Source of the DNA: Bacteroidota bacterium
Lineage (GTDB): Bacteria > Bacteroidota > Ignavibacteria > UBA10030
Direction: 5' to 3'
Assembly (NCBI GenBank): GCA_040880975.1
Contig: JBBEEC010000029.1
Span: 31,054 to 95,053, forward strand
Length of the DNA: 64,000 bases
Below the pieces are notes generated by a model. That model saw nothing but the letters and a program-made list of their open reading frames with translations, was not told the DNA's origin and did no database searches. This document shows positions 9,763-21,225 of the stretch, in pieces. Position 1 is the first letter of the stretch. Every line of letters begins with the position of its first letter. The position numbers and the translations under genes are program-made.

Positions 9763-10377
9763 TTGACCCCTTACATTCTCAGCGCCCTTGGCGGCTATAT
9801 CCTCGGTTCCATCCCGTTAGGCTACCTGCTCGTCAAGTTCCGCGCGCGAGTTGATATCCGGACCTCAGGAAGCGGAAATGTCGGCGCGTACAATGCCGGT
9901 GTGGTAACGGGTTCAACTGCTGTCGGCATTGCCGTCGGACTTCTCGACGCGGGCAAAGGCCTTGCCGCAACAATTGGTGCCTGGCTGCTTTTTGGTACGT
10001 TTTGGCCCGTTGCTCTCGCACTTCTGGGTTCCGTGATAGGCCATATCGCTCCCGTTTGGTTGCGTTGGAAGGGCGGAAGGGGATTGGCGACTGCGTGCGG
10101 CGGATTCTTTGCCGTGGGGCTGGGATTCATCATTGTTTGGTGCACATTGTGGGCGGCCTGCAAATGGCAAAAGCTTTCCATTGTCACTTCCAACGTGATC
10201 GCGACCGTTGCAACTCCGATTGTCCTTGTTCTCATGCCGTCCGGCGTCGTTGAAACGGTGACGACCTCTCAAACGAGTTCCGATGAATTCAGAATCCTCG
10301 CCTTTTGCCTGTCCGCAGTGCTGTTATGGAGTCACAGAGATGTGCTGAAAGAATTTCGAGAGGAGAGAGAATCATGA
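9763..10377 (+). CDS. PlsY-family glycerol-3-phosphate acyltransferase paralog
   Basis: GSGNVGAYNAGVVTG and HIAPVWLRWKGGRGLAT motifs in a membrane protein of 204 aa. This is a second plsY-like gene within 3 kb of the first. Confidence 0.7.
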   Translation: MTPYILSALGGYILGSIPLGYLLVKFRARVDIRTSGSGNVGAYNAGVVTGSTAVGIAVGLLDAGKGLAATIGAWLLFGTFWPVALALLGSVIGHIAPVWLRWKGGRGLATACGGFFAVGLGFIIVWCTLWAACKWQKLSIVTSNVIATVATPIVLVLMPSGVVETVTTSQTSSDEFRILAFCLSAVLLWSHRDVLKEFREERES

Positions 10378-11582
10378 GTGGCCAAATACTTCGCGGAGTT
10401 GTCATACTCCTGGTGCCAATGCTGGTCGGAGTGGGGCTCGGGTATGCCATTCGGCCCGCTGCCTCGGTCGAGCCGGGCGCGGAAGTGAATGCTGAATTCG
10501 ATTCTGCGTTTCCGGGTGCTGAACCCGTTCGTGCCGAAGCGTCCGGTCAGGATGATGTCGCATCGTCACGACAGAATGCGATCACGCGTGCGGTGGCTCG
10601 TGTCAGCCCCGCGGTGGTCGGGATCAACGTGATCGAAATGCGGGAATACCAGGATCCGTTTGGCCGTCTCTTCGGAGATGACCCGTGGATGCGACGGTTC
10701 TTCGGCGATCGAACCTACCGCCAGCAGGTGAAGGGGCTTGGTTCGGGATTCATCATCTCCCCTGACGGCTATATCGTGACCAACGATCACGTGGCAGGAA
10801 ACGCAACTCAAATTACGGTGACTCTCACGAGCGGAGCAAAGCTCGAGGCGAAATTGATAGGATCGGATCCCGTCAGCGACATCGCTCTTCTGAAAGTCGA
10901 AGGAAGAGATTTGCCGAATCTGAACCTCGGCAATTCGGATGAAATTGTCATCGGTGAATGGGCGATCGCTTTCGGCAATCCCTTTGGACTCTTTGAAATC
11001 AACGACAAACCTACAGTCACCGTTGGTGTGGTGAGCTCTGACGGCATGAATCTCGGACGGGTGGAAAACAGGTTCTACCGCGACATGATTGAAACCGATG
11101 CTGCGATCAATGGCGGTAACAGCGGGGGTCCTCTTGTCAATAGCCTGGGGGATGTGATCGGAATGAACACGCTGATCTTCACGGGCGGACAGGGTACGAC
11201 GTTTGTAGGATATGGATTTGCAATTCCCATTAATAAGGTCAAACGCATCGTGGCAGAGCTGAAACGAAGCGGCAAGGTCGCCCGGGACAGCTGGCACGGA
11301 TTTGACTTTCAATCGGTGGATGCGAGGATCGCCCGGTACTTCGGACTCGACCGCGCCGAAGGCGCCATTATCAGCGAGATTGTCAAAGGCGGCCCGGGAG
11401 ATAAAGGCGGGCTCAAAGTCGGCGACATTATTGCAGATGTCAACGGACAGAAGATCATCTCGGAAGACGATCTGTACGTGTTGCTGAGCGATTCGAGGCC
11501 CGGCGATACGCTCACCATGAAGGTCATCCGCGACAAGAAGACGATCACGATCAGTGTGAAATTGGAACGCCGTTCAACCTAA
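10374..11582 (+). CDS. htrA: HtrA/DegP-family trypsin-like serine protease with PDZ domain
   Basis: The ATG at 10374 overlaps the previous stop (ATGA). Catalytic motifs VTNDHV (His) and GNSGGPLV (Ser) are present. The PDZ region is GGPGDKGGLKVGDIIADVNGQKI. Confidence 0.85.
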   Translation: MSGQILRGVVILLVPMLVGVGLGYAIRPAASVEPGAEVNAEFDSAFPGAEPVRAEASGQDDVASSRQNAITRAVARVSPAVVGINVIEMREYQDPFGRLFGDDPWMRRFFGDRTYRQQVKGLGSGFIISPDGYIVTNDHVAGNATQITVTLTSGAKLEAKLIGSDPVSDIALLKVEGRDLPNLNLGNSDEIVIGEWAIAFGNPFGLFEINDKPTVTVGVVSSDGMNLGRVENRFYRDMIETDAAINGGNSGGPLVNSLGDVIGMNTLIFTGGQGTTFVGYGFAIPINKVKRIVAELKRSGKVARDSWHGFDFQSVDARIARYFGLDRAEGAIISEIVKGGPGDKGGLKVGDIIADVNGQKIISEDDLYVLLSDSRPGDTLTMKVIRDKKTITISVKLERRST

Positions 11583-11592
11583 GGAAACATCC

Positions 11593-12891
11593 GTGATTCC
11601 GCGTTACACAAGGCCCGCGATGGGCCGCATCTGGGAAGACGAGAATCGATTCCGCATCTGGCTGGAAATCGAAGTGCTTGCGTGCGAGGCCCAGGCCGAA
11701 CTTGGTGTTATTCCAAAAGAAGCCGTTGCTGCGATCCGCAGTAAGGCCTCCTTCGATGCGAAACGTGTTCTCGAGATCGAAGAAGAGGTGAAGCACGACG
11801 TCATCGCGTTCCTGACGAATGTGGGCGAGTATGTTGGGCCCGAGTCGAGGTTCATACACCTCGGTATGACGTCATCCGACGTTCTCGACACCGCTCTTGC
11901 CGTGCAAATGAAGCAATCGGCAGAACTGCTTCTCGAGGATCTTGAAGGACTGAAGGGCGTTCTTGCCAGGCGGGCGAAAGAGCACAAATTCACGATGATG
12001 ATCGGCCGGACGCATGGTATCCATGCAGAACCGGTCACGTTCGGACTCAAACTGGCTCTTTGGTATGCAGAAACGCTTCGCAATATCGATCGGCTCAAAG
12101 CTGCATTGAAGACCATCTCCGTCGGACAGATCTCCGGCGCGGTTGGTACCTATGCGCATATCGATCCGAATGTCGAAGAACATGTGTGCAAAGCCCTCGG
12201 CTTGTCCCCGGCGCCTATTTCCACGCAGGTGCTTCAAAGGGACCGCCATGCGGAATTCATGAGCACGCTTGCAGTGGTCGGCAGCTCCCTTGAGAAATTC
12301 GCGACAGAAATCCGCCATTTGCAGAAGACAGAAGTGCTGGAAGTGGAGGAGTATTTTTCGAAGGGACAGAAGGGCTCCTCGGCAATGCCTCATAAACGGA
12401 ACCCCATCACCTGCGAGCGCATCGCCGGACTTTCACGAGTGCTCCGTGGAAATGCCATGGCGGCGATGGAAAACGTGGCGCTCTGGCATGAGCGCGATAT
12501 CACCCATTCCTCCGTCGAACGTGTGATCATTCCGGACAGCTGCATTCTTCTGGATTATATGCTGACCCAGCTCACGAAGATCATTGAACAACTGCTGGTT
12601 TATCCTGAGAACATGAAAAAGAATCTGGACAAAACGAGAGGATTGGTGTTTTCGCAATCCGTCCTGCTCGCATTGGCCAAAAAAGGGATGAAAAGGGAGG
12701 ATGCCTACAAAGTCGTCCAGGATCACGCGATGAGGGTGTGGGAGGATGAAAAGCTGAGCTTCGAAGAGAGGATCAAAGGAGATGGGGAGATCGTGAAGTT
12801 TCTGGATAAGAAAGAGTTGGAAGAGATTTTTGATTTGAGGAAGAATGTGAAGCACGTGGACGCGGTGTTTGAAAGATTGGGGTTGAGCTAG
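11593..12891 (+). CDS. purB: adenylosuccinate lyase
   Basis: Carries the fumarate-lyase signature KGSSAMPHKRNP. The 432-aa protein begins MIPRYTRPAMGRIW. Confidence 0.9.
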   Translation: MIPRYTRPAMGRIWEDENRFRIWLEIEVLACEAQAELGVIPKEAVAAIRSKASFDAKRVLEIEEEVKHDVIAFLTNVGEYVGPESRFIHLGMTSSDVLDTALAVQMKQSAELLLEDLEGLKGVLARRAKEHKFTMMIGRTHGIHAEPVTFGLKLALWYAETLRNIDRLKAALKTISVGQISGAVGTYAHIDPNVEEHVCKALGLSPAPISTQVLQRDRHAEFMSTLAVVGSSLEKFATEIRHLQKTEVLEVEEYFSKGQKGSSAMPHKRNPITCERIAGLSRVLRGNAMAAMENVALWHERDITHSSVERVIIPDSCILLDYMLTQLTKIIEQLLVYPENMKKNLDKTRGLVFSQSVLLALAKKGMKREDAYKVVQDHAMRVWEDEKLSFEERIKGDGEIVKFLDKKELEEIFDLRKNVKHVDAVFERLGLS

Positions 12892-13152
12892 GATTAACAA
12901 GCTCTGACCCCGACGGGGTCAAATATATTAGGTCGGGGCAACCTGTCCGCCTTTCTTATTGGCGGACGCCCCGACATTCAGAATCCAACCAGCATTCAAT
13001 ACCCTGAAGGGGTTATATATTTCTCCCCTTCGGGGAGAATTTGTGTTTGGTCCGTTGCGAAATCCGGGGGCGATGCCCCCGGCTAAAATATGATTCCCCT
13101 TCGGGGAATATTCGAATATTGAAAAACTGAACGCCAAGCCAGAGGCCATATC

Positions 13153-14637
13153 ATGCCCCGAAAATATCAAAATCTCATCAACGGCAAATGGGTCGATGCG
13201 AAGTCCGGCAAGACCTTCGAAAATCGCAACCCCGCCAATTGGGACGAGGTGCTTAGCACCTTTCCGCTTTCCGGCAAAGAGGACGTCGACGCGGCAGTAG
13301 CATCGGCACGGAAGGCGTTCGAATCCTGGCGGCTTGTGCCGGCACCGGGTCGCGGAGACATCCTCCGGAAGGTCGGCGATCTCATGACCGCGCACAAGGA
13401 TGACCTCGCAAAAACCATGACCAGGGAAATGGGCAAGGTGCTCCTTGAGACAAAAGGAGATGTGCAGGAAGGGATCGATACCGCGTACTATGCCGCGACG
13501 GAAGGACGGCGGCTCTTCGGGCACACTGTTCCATCCGAACTCCCGAACAAGTTCAACATGGCAATACGGGTGCCTATCGGCGTGGCGGGCATCATCACGC
13601 CGTGGAATTTTCCGATGGCCATCCCCACCTGGAAAATGTTCCCGGCCCTTGTCTGCGGCAATACCATCGTCTTCAAGCCGGCATCCGACACACCGGAAAC
13701 GGCAGCACGGCTCGTCGAGATCCTTATCGAAGCGGGAATACCCGAAGGCGTGGTCAACATCGTACACGGCGGAGGCAGCCAGGTCGGCATGGCGATCGTT
13801 GAACATTCGGATGTTGACCTCGTGAGCTTCACGGGTTCCACCGGAGTCGGCAAAAAGATCTCCGAAGTGGCATCGAAAACGCTGAAGCGCGTCTCACTGG
13901 AGCTCGGCGGCAAGAATGCCCAGATCGTCATGGACGATGCCAGGTTGGACCTCGCGCTCGAAGGTGTCCTCTGGGGCGCCTTTGGCACCACCGGACAGCG
14001 GTGCACCGCCACCAGCCGTCTTATTGTTCACGAGAAGGTCTATGACAAGTTCATGAGCATGCTCGTCGACAGAACAAAGAAACTTCGCCTCGGCGACGGA
14101 TTGCTGGGCACGACAGACGTCGGTCCGCTCGTGAACGAGAATCAGGTGGAAACCGTTGATGGCTACGTCAAGATTGGAACCGGCGAGGGCGCTCAGGTGC
14201 TTGCCGGTGGAAAAAGAGCCAACGGTGACGGACTGGGCAAGGGTTGGTTCTACGAACCGACGATCCTGGGCGGCGTTACTCCGACAATGCGCGTGGCGAC
14301 AGAGGAGATCTTCGGCCCCGTCCTGTCCGTCATCAAGGTGAAGAGCATTTCCGAGGCGATTCAGGTCTCAAACGGCACAAAATACGGCCTTTCTTCGTCG
14401 GTCTATACGCAGGATATCAATAGCGCCTACCAGGCGATCCGTGATATTAAGGCCGGAATAACGTATATTAATGCACCAACCATCGGGGCGGAAGCCCATA
14501 TGCCCTTCGGCGGTGTGAAGGAAACAGGCAACGGGCACAGAGAAGGCGGTTGGACAGTGTATGAGTTCTTCTCTGAGTGGAAAACGGTGTACGTGGACTA
14601 TAGCGGAAAACTCCAGAGAGCGCAGATAGACACTTAG
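13153..14637 (+). CDS. NAD-dependent aldehyde dehydrogenase (likely piperideine-6-carboxylate / aminoadipate-semialdehyde dehydrogenase)
   Basis: ALDH motifs VSLELGGKNA (Glu) and FGTTGQRCTATSRL (Cys) are present. The subfamily is inferred from the adjacent lat gene. Confidence 0.8.
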   Translation: MPRKYQNLINGKWVDAKSGKTFENRNPANWDEVLSTFPLSGKEDVDAAVASARKAFESWRLVPAPGRGDILRKVGDLMTAHKDDLAKTMTREMGKVLLETKGDVQEGIDTAYYAATEGRRLFGHTVPSELPNKFNMAIRVPIGVAGIITPWNFPMAIPTWKMFPALVCGNTIVFKPASDTPETAARLVEILIEAGIPEGVVNIVHGGGSQVGMAIVEHSDVDLVSFTGSTGVGKKISEVASKTLKRVSLELGGKNAQIVMDDARLDLALEGVLWGAFGTTGQRCTATSRLIVHEKVYDKFMSMLVDRTKKLRLGDGLLGTTDVGPLVNENQVETVDGYVKIGTGEGAQVLAGGKRANGDGLGKGWFYEPTILGGVTPTMRVATEEIFGPVLSVIKVKSISEAIQVSNGTKYGLSSSVYTQDINSAYQAIRDIKAGITYINAPTIGAEAHMPFGGVKETGNGHREGGWTVYEFFSEWKTVYVDYSGKLQRAQIDT

Positions 14638-14639
14638 AA

Positions 14640-14692
14640 TTGCCAATTGCCAATTTTCAATTGGAAATTGGCAATCGGAAATTGAAAATCCT
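14640..14692 (+). terminator. inverted repeat / hairpin of CAATTG-containing units downstream of ALDH
   Basis: ttgccaattgccaatttt / aattggaaattggcaa inverted repeat immediately after the stop codon. Confidence 0.45.
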
Positions 14693-14820
14693 CTTATGAC
14701 CGGACGCGTAATCTTCGTCATACAATTTTTCGAACACCAGGAATTCTTCTGAGGTGATCGATGGACCTTGTACCAATATCAACATCGATCATTTCACCCT
14801 TGGAACTCTTGGAGGTGTCT

Positions 14821-16243
14821 CATGTCCGGAACAATACTCGAACTGCACGACAAGAAATCCGCTTCTGAAAAGAAGAACGGACCCGCAGCGTTAGCAAAAC
14901 CTACGACCAAATCTCCCGTCAAGGTTCTCCCCACCGAGGTCCATTCCACGCTCTCAAAGCACATGCTGGTGGATGGCTTTGATCTTGTTGTTGACCTCAA
15001 ACGGTCGCAGGGATCCTATCTGTACGACTCCCGCTACAACAAGAAGTACCTCGATTTCTTCACGTTCTTTGCGTCCAGCTCAGTCGGAATGAACCATCCG
15101 AAGCTGACGGACCCGGCTTTCCTCGAAAAACTCGCTTACACGGCGGTAAACAAGACGTCGAACTCGGACGCCTATACGGTGGAAATGGCGGAGTTCGTGG
15201 AAACCTTCGCCCGCATTGCCATGCCCGACTATCTTCCGTACGTGTTCTTTGTGGACGGCGGAGGACTGGCGGTGGAGAATGCGATCAAGACCGCGTTCGA
15301 TTGGAAGGTTCGCAAGAATTTTGTCAGAGGATACACGGATGAACGGGGATGGCAGGTGATTCACTTTCGCAAAGCCTTCCACGGCCGTACCGGGTATACG
15401 CTTTCGTTGACCAATACCGATCCGGTCAAAACCAATTATTTTCCGAAATTCAAATGGCCGCGTGTTCACAACCCGGTCATAAAATTCCCGCTCAGCGGCA
15501 AGAATCTTGAAGATGTCAAAAAGGAAGAAAACGTTGCCCTCCAGCAGATCAAGCAGGCGGTCATCAGCAATCCCGATGACATCGCGGCGCTGATCATCGA
15601 GCCGATCCAGGGCGAAGGGGGAGATAATCACTTCCGTAAGGAATTCTTCGAAACCCTGCGGGCGATCTGTGATGAGCATGAGATCCTGCTGATCTTTGAC
15701 GAAGTGCAGACCGGCATCGGAATCACCGGCAAAATGTGGGCGCATGAATACTTCGTCAAGCCCGATATGGTCGCGTTTGGCAAGAAGACGCATATTTGCG
15801 GATTCATGTCGAGCACGCGGATCGATGACGTGATGGACAACGTGTTTCACAAGCCGAGCCGTATCAATTCAACGTTCGGCGGAAATCTCGTGGATATGGT
15901 TCGATTCGGACGCGTGTTGGAGATCATCGAAGAGGAAAAGCTTGTCGATCAAGCGAAGGAAACCGGAGTCCATTTGCAACAGAAACTGACAAAGCTGGAA
16001 GAGGAATTCCCAGGGCTCATCAGCAATACGCGCGGAAAAGGGTTGTTCTGCGCCATGGACCTCGACAGCGCTCAAAATCGCGATCAGCTCAGGAGTAAGA
16101 CGTATGAGGGCGGATTGATCCTCATCGGGTGCGGGGATCGGTCCATCAGATTCCGTCCGCCCTTGAATCTCAAGAAGTCAGAGGTTGACGAGGGGATCGG
16201 GATCATCACGAAAGCTCTGAAGGAAATTACCGCCGGCGAGTGA
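14821..16243 (+). CDS. lat: L-lysine 6-transaminase (class III aminotransferase)
   Basis: [17 protein letters not shown] is the LAT-type motif. [17 protein letters not shown] is the class-III aminotransferase motif. The ATG at 14821 (MSGTIL) is preferred over the upstream ORF start. Confidence 0.75.
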
Positions 16244-17103
16244 TGCCGGAAAGAACCATGGAGACACGCACGGAACACGGTCAGGATGCTCTTCTTCTGA
16301 ATCCAAAGCTCGTCCGCGATCTTCTGACGAAATTTCTCCGCGATGAAACATCAGCAGCGGGGTTTTCAAAGCTTGTGGTCGGGTTGTCCGGAGGCGTGGA
16401 TTCTGCCCTTGTGACAGCCTTGGCGGTAGAAGCCCTTGGGGCAAAGAACGTCCTGGCTCTCATCCTGCCGCACCGGATGAGCAATCCGCAGAGTGTGAGT
16501 GATGCGGCCATAGTGGCCAAATCCTTGGGCGTACGGACGGAAACCATTGATATTACGCCAATGGTGGATGCCTACTGCGAGGAGCACAAAGTGCGGGATA
16601 ACATGAGGCGTGGGAATGTCATGGCACGGGCGAGAATGATCGTTCTCTACGACCAGTCCGCCAAAGAGCAGGCGTTGGTGGTCGGTACGAGCAACAAAAC
16701 GGAGATCATGCTGGGGTACGGGACACTCCACGGGGATATGGCTTCTGCGTTGAATCCAATAGGGGATCTTTATAAAACCCAGGTGTGGCAGCTCGCCGAA
16801 GCAATGGGAACTCCGGAATCCATCGTACAAAAGAAGCCAAGTGCGGACTTGTGGAGGGGGCAGACGGACGAAGGGGAGATGGGATTTTCGTACAAAGATG
16901 TCGACCGCCTTCTCTATTATATGATCGATGAGAGAAGGAAGGATGAAGAACTGGTCAAACTCGGATTTTCCCGAGCTTTTATTGATCGCGTCAGAACGAT
17001 GATCCGTAAAAGCCAGTTCAAGCGCCGCCCGCCTGTGATCGCCAAAGTCTCCTACCGCACGGTCAATGTCGATTTCCGGTACGTGAGAGATTGGGGAATT
17101 TGA
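16240..17103 (+). CDS. nadE: NH3-dependent NAD+ synthetase
   Basis: PP-loop motif [13 protein letters not shown]. The 287-aa gene overlaps the lat stop. Confidence 0.88.
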   Translation: MMPERTMETRTEHGQDALLLNPKLVRDLLTKFLRDETSAAGFSKLVVGLSGGVDSALVTALAVEALGAKNVLALILPHRMSNPQSVSDAAIVAKSLGVRTETIDITPMVDAYCEEHKVRDNMRRGNVMARARMIVLYDQSAKEQALVVGTSNKTEIMLGYGTLHGDMASALNPIGDLYKTQVWQLAEAMGTPESIVQKKPSADLWRGQTDEGEMGFSYKDVDRLLYYMIDERRKDEELVKLGFSRAFIDRVRTMIRKSQFKRRPPVIAKVSYRTVNVDFRYVRDWGI

Positions 17104-17107
17104 TAAT

Positions 17108-17178
17108 TGCCAATTGACCCGCCCGAACGACCGTGATTGAACCATGAAGTTCGGTCGGGCGGGCAATTGGCAATTGGC
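17108..17178 (+). terminator. long imperfect inverted repeat (attgccaattgacccgcccgaacgacc ... ggtcgggcgggcaattggcaat) after nadE
   Basis: A ~20-bp GC-rich stem is seen directly, flanked by CAATTG heptamer-like repeats. Confidence 0.5.
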
Positions 17179-17180
17179 AA

Positions 17181-17870
17181 TTGAAAATCACCTTGCCTGG
17201 AACGCTCTACATAGTTTCCACCCCTATCGGTAATCTCGAAGACATCACCTACCGCGCCGTCAAGGTGCTTGGTGCCGTTGACCTCATCGCCGCCGAAGAT
17301 ACCCGCAAGACAAAGATCCTCCTCGACCACTACGGCATCAGCAAGCCGATGCTGAGCTACTTCAGCTACAACGAGAAACAGCGGACTCCCCAGCTCATTG
17401 AGCAATTGAAAGGCGGAAAGTCCATTGCGTTGGTCTCGGATGCCGGCACACCCGGGATCTCAGACCCGGCACACCGGATCGTCGTTGCGGCCCTTGCAGA
17501 TGCGATCCCGATCATCCCGATTCCCGGTCCCTCGGCGTTTCTTTCGGCCCTCATTGTCAGCGGGCTTCCGACCCATGGATTTGTTTTCGAGGGCTTCCTG
17601 CCGGTCAAGAAAGGCCGCAAGACGAAGCTGGAGGAGTTGAAGAACGAACGGCGCACGGTGGTTCTCTACGAGTCACCGCACCGCATCGTGAAAACTCTGA
17701 CGGAGATCGGAAGTACATTTGGCGAACGTCAGGTTGTTGTGGCAAGGGAACTGACGAAGAAGTTTGAAGAAATCGTGCGTGGCCCCCTTTCCTTTGTCCT
17801 CAAAGAGATAACATCGAAGCCCGCAAGGGGAGAGTACGTGTTGCTTGTTTCCGGAAACCAGGAACGCTAA
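17181..17870 (+). CDS. rsmI: 16S rRNA (cytidine1402-2'-O)-methyltransferase
   Basis: GTLYIVSTPIGNLEDITYRAVKVL is the RsmI N-terminal signature. The start is TTG at 17181 or 17193. Confidence 0.82.
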   Translation: MKITLPGTLYIVSTPIGNLEDITYRAVKVLGAVDLIAAEDTRKTKILLDHYGISKPMLSYFSYNEKQRTPQLIEQLKGGKSIALVSDAGTPGISDPAHRIVVAALADAIPIIPIPGPSAFLSALIVSGLPTHGFVFEGFLPVKKGRKTKLEELKNERRTVVLYESPHRIVKTLTEIGSTFGERQVVVARELTKKFEEIVRGPLSFVLKEITSKPARGEYVLLVSGNQER

Positions 17871-17925
17871 TGCCTGATGGAATCCCCTCGGAGGATCCTC
17901 TCTGGGGATTCCATCAGACCAGACA

Positions 17926-18567
17926 TCACTTCAACAGCATCATCGCCCTTCGAATCACAGTTTGGTTCCCTCCGGCTTCCTCCGCAAGAAGCTCATAGAA
18001 ATACATTCCGCTCGATTGCCTGCCAGCATCCCATAAAGCGCGGTGAGAACCTGCCGGCTGCCGGCCATCGACGAGGAGTCCAATTTCCCGGCCCAGGAGA
18101 TCGTAGATCCGGATCTGCACGGCGCTTTCGGCGGCAAGTTGATACTCGATGGTGGTCGTGGGGTTGAAAGGATTCGGATAATTCTGGAACAACTCAAAGG
18201 ACGTCGGCGGTGCGACGGAGATCAGAAGGTCCTTTTTCCAGGACATCCCTGACGCTGCGCGTACGGTCATCGAGATTCGGTGCTCCTGGCCGACGGAAGC
18301 GGATTGTTCGACCGAAAGAGAAAAGCGGGCACTGGCGATACGGCCGCCGCTGATTTGGCCTATGGTCCTGCTTTGCGGCTCTACCTGGAGCCATGGCGGT
18401 ACGTCCGTCGCGGTGACGGAGACGTCCTCCAGACTGAGAGTGGCGGAGTTTTCGATCGCAAATTCAAGGACATTGTTCCGAGAAGCGAACGGTAATTCAT
18501 GCACGGTCTGGGCAGATGAGCCGAGAGTGCAGAAAACGAAGAGGAAGAGAAAGAAAACGTAGTACAT
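17926..18567 (-). CDS. secreted protein with T9SS (Por) C-terminal sorting domain
   Basis: Signal peptide MYYVFFLFLFVFCTLGSSAQ. The C-terminus NYPNPFNPTTTIEYQL...IRIYDLLGREI...GMYFYEL...LLK is typical of the T9SS type A sorting domain. Confidence 0.75.
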   Translation of the reverse strand: MYYVFFLFLFVFCTLGSSAQTVHELPFASRNNVLEFAIENSATLSLEDVSVTATDVPPWLQVEPQSRTIGQISGGRIASARFSLSVEQSASVGQEHRISMTVRAASGMSWKKDLLISVAPPTSFELFQNYPNPFNPTTTIEYQLAAESAVQIRIYDLLGREIGLLVDGRQPAGSHRALWDAGRQSSGMYFYELLAEEAGGNQTVIRRAMMLLK

Positions 18568-19160
18568 AGATCCCCCACGAGGTGAGTGGTTGAAAGTGCG
18601 GGGGGTGGATGCTTACGATGGTAATAACTTTGGCAGAGAGTGTCAAGTGTGGGTGGTATCTCATTGAAAAAGAGAATCGCAGAGTCGCACCTGCCCGACT
18701 GTGGTTGCCCTAGAATTGGTCAGGCGGGGAGGCCGCAGATCCCAAAGGGACCACTTCGTGGGAATCGCAGAGTGTTCAACAAAAATTGGGGTAATCCTCT
18801 GCGTCACTCCGCGTCCTCTGCGTCTCTGCGTTGATCTTTATTCGGCCGCCCCTACGGGGCTTTTTCGGGTGTCGTGAGGCCTTGCTACCAGAAGGCCGTC
18901 CCTGACGGGACTTGTTGTGCTACACCGGATCACCGGCTCTCCTTACCCATCCTTTTTCGGTCGCCCGGTTGGCTTTCCATTCAGACTTAGCAGGCGCCTA
19001 AAAAAACGGTGAACAGCAAACAGTAAACAGGAAACAGTCCTTCTTTCTATGTCCACTTTTGATCCCATCACCCTTCATTTATCTGACGAAGTCCATTTCC
19101 TGTCAGACGAAGCCGTTTTGTGGCGTAGTCTGACGTGGACGTAGTCAGACCCTTTACTAC

Positions 19161-19214
19161 TTGACAACCACCCCAATTTCTCCTATATTAGCACTCACTC
19201 TCAACGAGTGCTAA
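19161..19214 (+). promoter_or_regulatory. groES promoter (TTGACA-N18-TATATT) overlapping a perfect CIRCE element TTAGCACTC-N9-GAGTGCTAA (HrcA operator, 19188-19214)
   Basis: The exact CIRCE consensus lies ~55 bp upstream of the groES start. The -35 is at 19161-19166 and the -10 at 19185-19190. Confidence 0.85.
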
Positions 19215-19270
19215 TCACCAGATGTCCTTACAAGTCTGTCAAAATCAATTATTTATAAGGAGTTGACGCT

Positions 19271-19567
19271 ATGGCATCTCTCAAGCCTTTGGCTGATCGC
19301 GTTGTGATCAAGCCGTCTCCAGCCGAGGAGAAAACAAAGGGTGGGATCATTGTTCCGGATACGGCGAAGGAAAAGCCGGTTTGGGGCGAGGTCGTTTCCG
19401 CCGGCCCGGGCCGTACCACCGATGAAGGAAAACACATCCCGATGGAAATCAAAGTCGGCGACAAGGTTCTGTACGGAAAATACTCCGGCACGGAGATCAC
19501 CATCGACGGTGAGGAATTGTTGATCATGCGTGAAAGCGACATCTTCGCGCTCATGCCAAAAAAGTAA
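19271..19567 (+). CDS. groES: co-chaperonin GroES
   Basis: The 98-aa protein reads [14 protein letters not shown]...[23 protein letters not shown]. Confidence 0.92.
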   Translation: MASLKPLADRVVIKPSPAEEKTKGGIIVPDTAKEKPVWGEVVSAGPGRTTDEGKHIPMEIKVGDKVLYGKYSGTEITIDGEELLIMRESDIFALMPKK

Positions 19568-19584
19568 ACGGAAAAAGGAGCTAA

Positions 19585-21225
<1,641 letters not shown>

